A DNA stretch of 44,657 bases from Acidimicrobiaceae bacterium (GTDB taxonomy: Bacteria; Actinomycetota; Acidimicrobiia; Acidimicrobiales; Bog-793): contig DAHWHN010000046.1 in the NCBI GenBank assembly GCA_027335685.1, positions 1 through 44,657 of the forward strand. Direction: 5' to 3'. The notes beneath the pieces were generated by a model. It searched no databases, was not told the DNA's origin, and saw only the letters and a list, made by a program, of their open reading frames with translations. The translations under genes and the position numbers were made by a program. Positions 19,413 to 27,539 of the stretch are shown piece after piece; position 1 is the stretch's first letter, and each line of letters begins with the position of its first letter.

Positions 19413-20528
19413 GTGAAGGTCCTCGCCGCGGAGATCGTGCGCCTCGAGCTCGATCTCGTGCGCCCGCTCGGCACGAGCGGCGGGACCCACGACCGCCGGC
19501 CGGTCGTTCTCGTGCACCTCGAGACCGACCAAGGCCCAGGCTGGGGGGAGTGCGCGGCACTCGTCGCGCCCCACTACAGCTGCGAGTACGCCGACGGCGC
19601 CGAGCACGTGCTCCGGGAGTGGCTCCTGCCGCCGCTGCTCCGCCCCGACGCCGTCTTCGGCGCCACGTCGGACGCCCTCGTCGCGCTCGGCGGCGTGCGT
19701 GGCCACCCGATGGCGGTCGCCGCGGTGGAGATGGCACTGCTCGACGCCGAGCTCTCGAGCGCGGGCCGCTCGCTCGCGAGCTTGCTCGGCGCGACACGGC
19801 GGCGCGTGCGCGCGGGCGCCGCGATCGGCTTCGGCGATCCCGACGCCGTGGTCGCCGGCGTCGCCGCGGCCCGGTCGGAGGGGTTCAACCAGGTCAAGTG
19901 CAAGGTCGTGCCGGGTCGCAGCCTCGAGGCGGTCCGGGCGGCGCGCGCGAGCTTCCCCGACGTCGCGCTCGCGGTGGACGCGAACGGCGCGTACCGTCGG
20001 AGCGACCCGGCGGCGTGGCGCGAGCTCCGGGACCTCGACGCCTGCGGTCTCGTCGCGATCGAGCAGCCCTTCCCTGCGGACGATCTCGTCGCCCACGCCG
20101 AGCTCCGGCGCCAGCTCGTCACGCCGGTCCTGCTCGACGAGTCGATAACCGGGCTCGGGGCGCTCGACGCGGCGATCGCTCTTCGGGCGTGCGCGGGCAT
20201 CTCGTTGAAGGCCGCGCGCGTCGGCGGGCTGCTGGCTGCGCGCCGGCTCCACGACCGCTGCGTCGAGTCCGGCCTGCACGTCTTTGCCGGGGGGATGCTC
20301 GAGGCCGGTCTGGGCCGGGCGTGCGCGCTCGCAGTGGCCGCCCTGCCCGGCGTCGATCTCGGGGGCGATATCGGACCGAGCAGCCGCTACTTCGACCCGG
20401 ACATCACGGCGCCCCACCTCCTTCTCGGCGACCAGGTCGCGGTGCCGGACGGTCCGGGGATCGGCGCCCGGCCGCGCGCCGAGGCCCTGCGTGCAGCGAT
20501 CCGCACGACGTCGCTGCGGCCCGGCTGA
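19413..20528 (+). CDS. menC: o-succinylbenzoate synthase / N-acylamino acid racemase (enolase superfamily)
   Basis: GWGEC, GHPMA.AAVEMALLD, KCK, VDAN, IEQP, LDES, K..RVGGL, GGMLE. Confidence 0.85.
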   Translation: MKVLAAEIVRLELDLVRPLGTSGGTHDRRPVVLVHLETDQGPGWGECAALVAPHYSCEYADGAEHVLREWLLPPLLRPDAVFGATSDALVALGGVRGHPMAVAAVEMALLDAELSSAGRSLASLLGATRRRVRAGAAIGFGDPDAVVAGVAAARSEGFNQVKCKVVPGRSLEAVRAARASFPDVALAVDANGAYRRSDPAAWRELRDLDACGLVAIEQPFPADDLVAHAELRRQLVTPVLLDESITGLGALDAAIALRACAGISLKAARVGGLLAARRLHDRCVESGLHVFAGGMLEAGLGRACALAVAALPGVDLGGDIGPSSRYFDPDITAPHLLLGDQVAVPDGPGIGARPRAEALRAAIRTTSLRPG

Positions 20529-20712
20529 TCCCGCAGGTCGGCTCCTTGTGGCCCGGCCTCTTGTGGCCCGGCTCGCGCCGGCCGACCCTGGGCAGGGGCT
20601 CGGGCGCCGTCGAGCTGCGGTGACCCGTCCAGGGCGGCACGGGTCATACGGCCACGGGTCATGCGGGAGGAGGCGGGCGAGAGGGGGCCGGGGTCGCCTC
20701 TACACTGATTGG

Positions 20713-21015
20713 GTGCGACACGGGATCTCGGACAGCCGCCAGCGCGTCGAGAGGCGCTTGTTCGACGTGCACGCCCGGCTCGAGCGGGCCCGAGCCGAGC
20801 TCGCGCTGGCCGAGGAGCAGCTGAGCGCCTTCGAGGAGACGGCTGCCGACCTGCGGACGCGGATGCTCGTCTCCGAGACGCCTCTCGCGGACAGGGAGTG
20901 GAACGAGGCGCGCCGCCACGCCGAGGTGATGCAGCGGAGCAGGGACGCGGCTCGGCAGGCCGTCGTCGAGCTCGAGCGTGCCCAAGACGAGCTGCTCTCT
21001 CGGCTCGTCGTCTGA
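20713..21015 (+). CDS. Small coiled-coil hypothetical protein
   Basis: GTG 6 nt after TACACT; heptad-like 100 aa (VERRLFDV..RLERARAELALAEEQL...RMLVSETPLADRE). Confidence 0.75.
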   Translation: MRHGISDSRQRVERRLFDVHARLERARAELALAEEQLSAFEETAADLRTRMLVSETPLADREWNEARRHAEVMQRSRDAARQAVVELERAQDELLSRLVV

Positions 21016-21035
21016 TCGGGAGCGAGGAGACCGTC

Positions 21036-21641
21036 GTGGCAGGCAGAGTCGTCATCGCGGAGGACGAGGCGATCGTCCGCCTCGATCTGCGCGAGATCCT
21101 CGAGGAGGAGGGCTACGAGGTCGTCGGCGAGACGGGCCGCGGCGACGAGGCGGTGGCGCTCGTCCAGGCCCACCGGCCGGACCTCGTCATCCTCGACATC
21201 AAGATGCCCGGGATGGACGGTCTCGCGGCAGCGCGTGCGATCAACGCCGAGCGGCGCTCGGCCGTCCTCATCCTCACGGCTTTCAGCCAGCGTGACCTCA
21301 TCGAGCAGGCCCGCGACGCGGGCGCCCTCGCCTACCTCGTCAAGCCGTTCCAGAAAGAGGAGCTCCTCCCGGCGATCGAGGTGGCTCTCGGACGCTACGC
21401 CGAGATGCAGGCGCTCGAGGCGGAGAACCTCGCCCTGTCCGACGACAAGCGCGGCCTCGAGGACCGGCTCGAGACGCGGCGGTGGGTGGACCGCGCGAAG
21501 GGCCGGCTCATGGACGACCACGCGATGACCGAGTCCGCGGCGTTCGGCTTCATCCAGCAGACGGCGATGAACAGGCGGAGCACGATGCGCCAGGTCGCGG
21601 AGGAGATCGTCGAGGGAACGCTGGTCGTCCCCGGCAGCTGA
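21036..21641 (+). CDS. pdtaR: ANTAR-domain response regulator (PdtaR type)
   Basis: REC domain (IAEDEAIVRLDL, LDIKMPGMDG, LTAFSQ, YLVKPF) plus ANTAR (LETRRWVDRAKGRLM..MTESAAF..IQQTAM); SD GAGGAG. Confidence 0.92.
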   Translation: MAGRVVIAEDEAIVRLDLREILEEEGYEVVGETGRGDEAVALVQAHRPDLVILDIKMPGMDGLAAARAINAERRSAVLILTAFSQRDLIEQARDAGALAYLVKPFQKEELLPAIEVALGRYAEMQALEAENLALSDDKRGLEDRLETRRWVDRAKGRLMDDHAMTESAAFGFIQQTAMNRRSTMRQVAEEIVEGTLVVPGS

Positions 21642-21760
21642 CGGCTCGACCAGCGCGGCGGCGCTGCGCACCGGTGCGGGGCTGGTCGTGTGCCGGACGT
21701 CGCAGGCCAGACGTGTGCAGCCAGACGTCGGGAGACGGGCGTGCTGGGCCGTGTCGTTCG

Positions 21761-22432
21761 TCAGTCGTCGGTCACGAAGATCTGCGCGCACATGGCGGTC
21801 CCGACTGCCGCGGACCGCGCCGTGTCGCCGTCGCCGAGCCTGAGCATGACCGTCCCGTCCGGCGCCCGCGCGACGACGGACGCCCGGCATCCGGGGACGA
21901 GGCCGTTCGCGTCGAGGTACGCGAGCGCCTCGCCGTCCATCTCGACCTGCTCGGTGATGCGGGTGATGCGGACGTGCTCGCCGGCGGGGACTCCGGACAG
22001 CGGGCGTTGCGGCGTGGGGTCGACCGGCGCCCCGGGGATCGGGTTGCCGTGGGGGCAGGTCGCCGGGTTGCCGAGGATCGCGACGAAGCGCGCCTCGACC
22101 TCGTCGGAGATCACGTGCTCCCACCGCCCGGCCTCGAGGTGCGCTCTCGACCAGGGGAGCCCGACGACGTCGACGAGGAAGCGCTCGGCCAGCCGGTGGC
22201 GGCGGACGACGCTCGCTGCGAGCTTCGCACCCTGGTCGGTCAGCGTCACGCCCCGTCCGGTGCGCGTGAGGTAGCCGTCGTCGGCCAATCTCCGGACCAT
22301 CTCGGAGACGGCCTGGGGGCTGTGCCCGAGCCGCTCGACAAGGCGGGCCTGGATGACGTCCACACCCTCCTCGACAAGCGCGTGGATCGTCTCGAGGTAT
22401 TCCTCGAGCGGCGGGTGGAATCCGTCCGCCAT
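21761..22432 (-). CDS. DtxR/IdeR/MntR-family metal-dependent regulator with FeoA/SH3 domain
   Basis: EEYLETI, HS..AVSEMVRRL, VRRHRLAERFL, EAGRWEH, CPHGNPIP. Confidence 0.92.
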   Translation of the reverse strand: MADGFHPPLEEYLETIHALVEEGVDVIQARLVERLGHSPQAVSEMVRRLADDGYLTRTGRGVTLTDQGAKLAASVVRRHRLAERFLVDVVGLPWSRAHLEAGRWEHVISDEVEARFVAILGNPATCPHGNPIPGAPVDPTPQRPLSGVPAGEHVRITRITEQVEMDGEALAYLDANGLVPGCRASVVARAPDGTVMLRLGDGDTARSAAVGTAMCAQIFVTDD

Positions 22433-22440
22433 CACGGCCC

Positions 22441-22476
22441 AGCGTACCGGAGGCTCGGGCTCGGAGCGCTTAGCAT
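22441..22476. promoter_or_regulatory. Divergent leaderless-type -10 boxes (DtxR-like gene / polA)
   Basis: - strand TACGCT (22446-22441) 5-8 nt before GTG/ATG; + strand TAGCAT (22471-22476) 7 nt before GTG 22484. Confidence 0.6.
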
Positions 22477-22483
22477 CGGCCCC

Positions 22484-25231
22484 GTGGCCACCTACGTCGT
22501 GCTCGACGGGCACTCGCTCGCGTTCCGGGCCTGGTTCGCGCTCCAAGAGGCGGGGATGGCGACGTCGTCGGGCCAGGAGACCCAGGCCGTCTACGGCTTC
22601 GTGTCGATGACGACGAAGCTCCTCGCCGATCTCGCGCCGGACGCGATGGCCGTGGCGTTCGACCGCCCGGGTCCGACGTTTCGCGACGAGATCGCCGACG
22701 ACTACAAGGCCGGCCGGCCGCCGATGCCCGAGCCCCTCGTCGAGCAGATCGAGATCATCCGCCAGCTCGTCCTCGCGCTCGGTGTGCCCGCCGTCGACGC
22801 CGAGGGCTACGAGGCCGACGACGTGATCGGCACGCTCGCGACGGTGCTGCGCGACCGGGGCGACGACGTCGTGGTCGTGACCGGCGACCGCGACGCGTTC
22901 CAGCTCGTCGAGGATCCCCACGTCAAGGTGCTCTACAACCGCCGGGGCGTCTCCGACTACGTGCTCTACGACGAGGCGGGCATCCTCGAGCGCACAGGCG
23001 TGCGGCCGGCCGCGTACCCGCTGCTCGCCGCGTTGCGGGGCGATCCGTCGGACAACCTGCCCGGTGTCCCCGGCGTCGGGGAGAAGACGGCGGCGAAGCT
23101 CGTCAACACCTACCGCGACCTCGACACGCTCTACGCGCACCTCGAGCAGTGCACGCCGAAGCTGCGGGAGTCCCTCGCGCTGCACGAAGAGCGCGTGCGC
23201 AGGAACTTCCTGCTCACTCCCATCGTGCGGGACGTGCCGCTCGACGTCGACCTCGCGTCGATGATGCTCGGCCACGCCGACAGACAGGCGCTCGACCAGC
23301 TCTTCTCCCTGCTCGAGATGCGCACGCCGCGTGACCGCCTCGTCGAGGTGCTCGACCGCTACGACGCGTCGGCGGACCCGCCGGACGCGACCGCCGCACA
23401 CGCGGTGCCCGGTCCGGCGCGCGCCCGACGTGACCTCGACGACGTCGCGACCGCAGCCGAGTGGCTGGACGGCCTCGCCGCCGCAGCCGGCAACCTCGCC
23501 GTCGAGCCGTGCTGGTCCGGCGCGCCGGGGCGGTCGGCTCTCGACGGGCTCGCGATCGCCTCGGAGGCCGGCGCGGAGGTCGCGTGGCTCGGTGGGGACC
23601 TCGTCGCCGAGCCGGCCGTCGCGGACCGGCTCGGGCGCCTGCTGGCGGCCCGCGACGAGGCGCCACGAGTCGACGGCCATCGCGTGAAGGAGCTCATGCG
23701 GGCCCTGCTCGCCTCGGGCATCGACGTGACCGGCCTCGACCTCGACACGTCCGTCGCGGCGTACCTGCTCGACTCCGGCGCAGGCCAGCCGAGCCTCGAG
23801 CAGCTCGCGCAGCGCTTCGGCGTCGCCCTCGGCAGTGCCGTGGCGCGCGACGGTGGGGGCCAGCTCGGCTTCGACCTCGACGACGGCGACGACGGCGACG
23901 GCGGTGACGGCGCGCCCCGTCGCGCCGATGTGGCGGCGCAGCGGGTCGCGGCGATCGGCCAGCTCGCGCCGCGCCTGCGTGCCGAGCTCGAGCGCGCCGG
24001 CGCGCGGGCGCTCTACGAGGAGGTCGAGCGGCCGCTCGTGCGCGTGCTCGCGAAGATGGAGGTCGTCGGCATCGGCGTCGACGCCGACCGGCTGCGGGAG
24101 ATCAACGCCGAGCTGACGGCGGAGGCACGCCAGCTCGAGGCCGACATCCGGCGCATCGCAGGCGAGGACCTCAACGTCAACTCGACCCCGCAGCTGCGGC
24201 GCGTCCTCTACGACAAGCTGAAGCTGAGCCCGGGTCGCAAGACCAAGACCGGGTACTCGACCGACGCTGCGGCGCTCGAGAAGCTGCGCGCGAGCGACGA
24301 GACCGGCATCGTCGAGGCACTGCTTCGCTACCGCGAGGTCGAGAAGCTCCGGTCCACCTACGGCGACGGGCTCCTCGGCGAGATCGCGCCGGACGGGCGC
24401 ATCCACGCGACGTTCAACCAGACCGTCGCCCGGACCGGCCGGCTCTCCTCGGACCAGCCGAACCTGCACAACATCCCGGTGCGGACCGCGGAGGGCCGGC
24501 GCTTTCGCGAGGCCTTCGTCCCGCGGTCGGGGTCCGGGCTGCTCGTCGCGGACTACAACCAGATCGAGCTGCGCGTCATCGCCCACCTCTCGGGCGATCC
24601 GGGCCTCGTCGGGGCCTTCGCGGAGGGCCGGGACATCCACACGGCGACCGCGGTGCGGGTCTTCGGCGTGGAGCCCGGCTCGGTGACCCCGGCGCAGCGG
24701 TCGAAGGCGAAGATGATCTCCTACGGCCTCGCCTACGGCATGGAGGCCTACGGCCTCGCGCAGCGGCTGGGCGTGCCGGTCGAGGAGGCGGCGGAGATCC
24801 TCGCCCAGTACTTCGCCGCGTTCCCGAGCGTGCGCGCGTACATGGACGCGACCGTCGCCGACGCGCGCCGGCGCGGCTACACCGAGACCCTGACCGGGCG
24901 TCGCCGCTACATCCCCGAGCTCGCCTCGACGAACTTCCGGCTGCGCCAGGCGGCCGAGCGCCAGGCGATGAACGCCGGCATCCAGGGGCTCGCCGCCGAC
25001 TTGTTCAAAAAGGCCCTCGTCCGCCTCGACGGCTCGCTCGAGCAGGCGGGCCTCGGCGCGCGCATCGTGCTCCAGGTCCACGACGAGGTGCTGGTCGAGG
25101 CGCCCGACGGCGAGCGCGCCGAGGTCGAGGCGCTGACGCTCGAGGCGATGCGCAACGCCGAGCAGCTCGACGTCCCGCTCGAGGTCCACTGCGCATGGGG
25201 TAGGAGCTGGGCGGACGCGAAGCAGGCGTAG
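22484..25231 (+). CDS. polA: DNA polymerase I
   Basis: LDGHSLAFRA, YEADDVIGTL, GDPSDNLPGVPGVGEKTA, TGRLSS..PNLHNIP, ADYNQIELR, AKMISYGLAYG, LQVHDE. Confidence 0.97.
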   Translation: MATYVVLDGHSLAFRAWFALQEAGMATSSGQETQAVYGFVSMTTKLLADLAPDAMAVAFDRPGPTFRDEIADDYKAGRPPMPEPLVEQIEIIRQLVLALGVPAVDAEGYEADDVIGTLATVLRDRGDDVVVVTGDRDAFQLVEDPHVKVLYNRRGVSDYVLYDEAGILERTGVRPAAYPLLAALRGDPSDNLPGVPGVGEKTAAKLVNTYRDLDTLYAHLEQCTPKLRESLALHEERVRRNFLLTPIVRDVPLDVDLASMMLGHADRQALDQLFSLLEMRTPRDRLVEVLDRYDASADPPDATAAHAVPGPARARRDLDDVATAAEWLDGLAAAAGNLAVEPCWSGAPGRSALDGLAIASEAGAEVAWLGGDLVAEPAVADRLGRLLAARDEAPRVDGHRVKELMRALLASGIDVTGLDLDTSVAAYLLDSGAGQPSLEQLAQRFGVALGSAVARDGGGQLGFDLDDGDDGDGGDGAPRRADVAAQRVAAIGQLAPRLRAELERAGARALYEEVERPLVRVLAKMEVVGIGVDADRLREINAELTAEARQLEADIRRIAGEDLNVNSTPQLRRVLYDKLKLSPGRKTKTGYSTDAAALEKLRASDETGIVEALLRYREVEKLRSTYGDGLLGEIAPDGRIHATFNQTVARTGRLSSDQPNLHNIPVRTAEGRRFREAFVPRSGSGLLVADYNQIELRVIAHLSGDPGLVGAFAEGRDIHTATAVRVFGVEPGSVTPAQRSKAKMISYGLAYGMEAYGLAQRLGVPVEEAAEILAQYFAAFPSVRAYMDATVADARRRGYTETLTGRRRYIPELASTNFRLRQAAERQAMNAGIQGLAADLFKKALVRLDGSLEQAGLGARIVLQVHDEVLVEAPDGERAEVEALTLEAMRNAEQLDVPLEVHCAWGRSWADAKQA

Positions 25232-25340
25232 AGCCGCGGTGTACGCTCTAGCGTCCACGTCCGTGGCCGGCGGCGAGGGTGAGCGTGCCGCGCTCGCACG
25301 AGCAGCCGGCCGTCCTCAGTGCTAAGGCGACCACCACTCC

Positions 25341-26783
25341 ATGTCCGACGACATCTCCACGAACCAGCAGGACCCGGCTGCAGCAGCGGGAGCCACGATG
25401 GTGGCCAACCGGTCCGAGCCGATGGGCACCTTCGACGCCAACGGCGTCTACACCCCGCGCGCGATCGTCGAGGACGATCTCGGCTCGCTCTCGTTCGACG
25501 ACGCGGTCAACCGGACGATCGTCGAGTTCGAGGACGGCGACATCGTGAAGGGCACCGTCGTCAAGGTCGACAAGGACGAGGTGCTGCTCGACATCGGCTT
25601 CAAGTCCGAGGGCGTCATCCCCTCGCGGGAGCTGTCGATCCGCCACGACGTCGACGCCCACGAGATCGTGTCCCTCGGTGACGAGGTCGAGGCGCTCGTG
25701 CTCCAGAAGGAGGACAAGGAGGGCCGCCTCGTCCTGTCGAAGAAGCGGGCGCAGTACGAGCGCGCCTGGGCGGACATCGAGAAGATCAAGGACTCGAGCG
25801 GAGTCGTGCGCGGCCCGGTCATCGAGGTCGTCAAAGGTGGCCTCATCCTCGACATCGGCCTGCGCGGCTTCCTGCCGGCGTCGCTCGTCGAGCTCCGGCG
25901 GGTCCGCGACCTCCAGCCCTACGTCGGCAAGGTCATCGAGGCCAAGATCATCGAGCTCGACAAGAACCGCAACAACGTCGTGCTGTCCCGGCGAGCCTGG
26001 CTCGAGGAGACCCAGAAGGAGCAGCGCGGCGAGTTCCTCGTGAACCTCAAGCCCGGCGAGGTCCGCAAGGGCGTCGTGTCGTCCGTCGTCAACTTCGGTG
26101 CCTTCGTCGATCTCGGGGGGATGGACGGCCTCGTCCACGTCTCGGAGCTGTCGTGGAAGCACGTCGACCACCCGTCGTCGGTGGTCGCCGTCGGCGACGA
26201 GGTCACGGTCCAGGTCCTCGACGTCGACCTCGACAAGGAGCGGATCAGCCTGTCGCTCAAGGCGACGCAGTCCGACCCCTGGCAGGAGTTCGCCGGCGCC
26301 CACCGCATCGGCGAGCTCGTCTACGGGCGGATCACCAAGCTCGTGCCCTTCGGCGCGTTCGTCCAGGTCGGGGACGGCATCGAGGGGCTCGTCCACATCT
26401 CGGAGATGGCGGCGCACCACGTCGACCTGCCCGAGCAGGTCGTCTCGCCGGGCGAGGAGCTGTGGGTGAAGATCATCGACATCGACCTCCAGCGCCGCCG
26501 TATCAGCCTGTCGATCAAGCAGGCGGCCGAGGGTGGCGAGGTCGCCGAGGAGTACCGCGAGGCCTTCGGCGAGCACGCCTACGACGCCGAGGGCAACTAC
26601 ATCGGCAACTTCGACTACGCGGCTGCCGAGTTCACGCCCGAGACGGAGGCCCAGGCAGCCTGGGCGGACTTCGCGGTCGAGGCGGCCGCGCCCGGCGGGC
26701 CGGCCCATGCCGACGCCGAGGCGGGCGCGTCAGCCGAGGACGCGGAGCCGGGCGCGTCTGCCGAGGCGACCGACGAGTCCTGA
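25341..26783 (+). CDS. rpsA: 30S ribosomal protein S1 (four S1 domains)
   Basis: VLLDIGFKSEGVIP, GGLILDIGLRGFLPASLVE, FGAFVDLGGMDGLVHVSEL, FGAFV..GIEGLVHISE. Confidence 0.97.
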   Translation: MSDDISTNQQDPAAAAGATMVANRSEPMGTFDANGVYTPRAIVEDDLGSLSFDDAVNRTIVEFEDGDIVKGTVVKVDKDEVLLDIGFKSEGVIPSRELSIRHDVDAHEIVSLGDEVEALVLQKEDKEGRLVLSKKRAQYERAWADIEKIKDSSGVVRGPVIEVVKGGLILDIGLRGFLPASLVELRRVRDLQPYVGKVIEAKIIELDKNRNNVVLSRRAWLEETQKEQRGEFLVNLKPGEVRKGVVSSVVNFGAFVDLGGMDGLVHVSELSWKHVDHPSSVVAVGDEVTVQVLDVDLDKERISLSLKATQSDPWQEFAGAHRIGELVYGRITKLVPFGAFVQVGDGIEGLVHISEMAAHHVDLPEQVVSPGEELWVKIIDIDLQRRRISLSIKQAAEGGEVAEEYREAFGEHAYDAEGNYIGNFDYAAAEFTPETEAQAAWADFAVEAAAPGGPAHADAEAGASAEDAEPGASAEATDES

Positions 26784-26817
26784 GCCGAGCGCGTCGCGCG
26801 CCTCCGGCGCGCCGGGG

Positions 26818-27460
26818 CTGGGCCGGCCCCGCTTCGTCGCGGTCGGCTGCACGGGCGGGATCGGCGCGGGTAAGTCGACGGTGTCGCGCGTCCTCGGCGA
26901 CAATGGCGCGCTCGTGCTCGACGCCGACGAGATGGCCCGCGGCGCCCTCGCCCCCGGCACGCCCGGAGCACGGGCGGTCCGGGAACGCTTCGGGGACGGC
27001 GTCGTCGGCGAGGACGGAGCGCTCGACCGGGCGCGCCTCGCCGCAGCCGTGTTCGCCGACACCAGCGCCCGCAGCGCGCTCGAGGCGATCGTCCACCCGG
27101 TCGTCCACGCGTCCACGACAGCCGCGCTCGAGCGCGCGCCGCGCCGGAGGCGTCGTCGTGCTCGACTCGCCCCTGCTCGTCGAGACCGACGGGCGCAGGC
27201 GGTACGGCCTCGACGCCGTCCTCGTCGTCGACGCCCCCGACGAGCTGGTCGTCGAGCGGCTCGTGCGGCGCCGCGCGATGTCGGTCGATGAGGTCCGCGC
27301 GCGCCTCGCGGCGCAGGCGACGAGGGGCGAGCGCGTCCGCGCCGCGGACTACGTCATCGTGAACATCGGCACCTTGGACGAGCTCGTCGCAATGGCCGAG
27401 GAGGCGTGGCGGTGGATCGCACGGCTCCCGGGGGACGCGGCGCCCGGCCGCTCGCCCTGA
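26818..27460 (+). pseudogene. coaE: Dephospho-CoA kinase split by a +1 frameshift near 27142 (possibly a sequence error)
   Basis: N-half (GCTGGIGAGKST, DAD, LDRARLA..VF, LEAIVHP) is in one frame; C-half (VVLDSPLLVE, VLVVDAP, RL..R, AQ, ADYVIVN) is in the next frame; no canonical start codon before the P-loop. Confidence 0.85.
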
Positions 27461-27539
27461 CAGCGGCGCGGCGAGGCGGCGTTGCCGTGCCGCCGTGACC
27501 GCCGGAGCCGCGCGCGCACCCTCCCGGTACGATGGGGCA

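Noticed and set aside
20529-21760. CRISPR-like array from short repeats
   Set aside because: Only 2-3 copies of 9-13 nt with no spacers, and no cas genes are present.
22433-22483. DtxR/IdeR autoregulatory operator
   Set aside because: No AT-rich TTAGGTTAGGCTAACCTAA-like palindrome is present.
21482-25258. Extended polA (1249 aa) and DtxR (1165 aa) ORFs overlapping each other
   Set aside because: The true starts at 22484 and 22432 each have a -10 box. The extensions are mutual antisense shadows.
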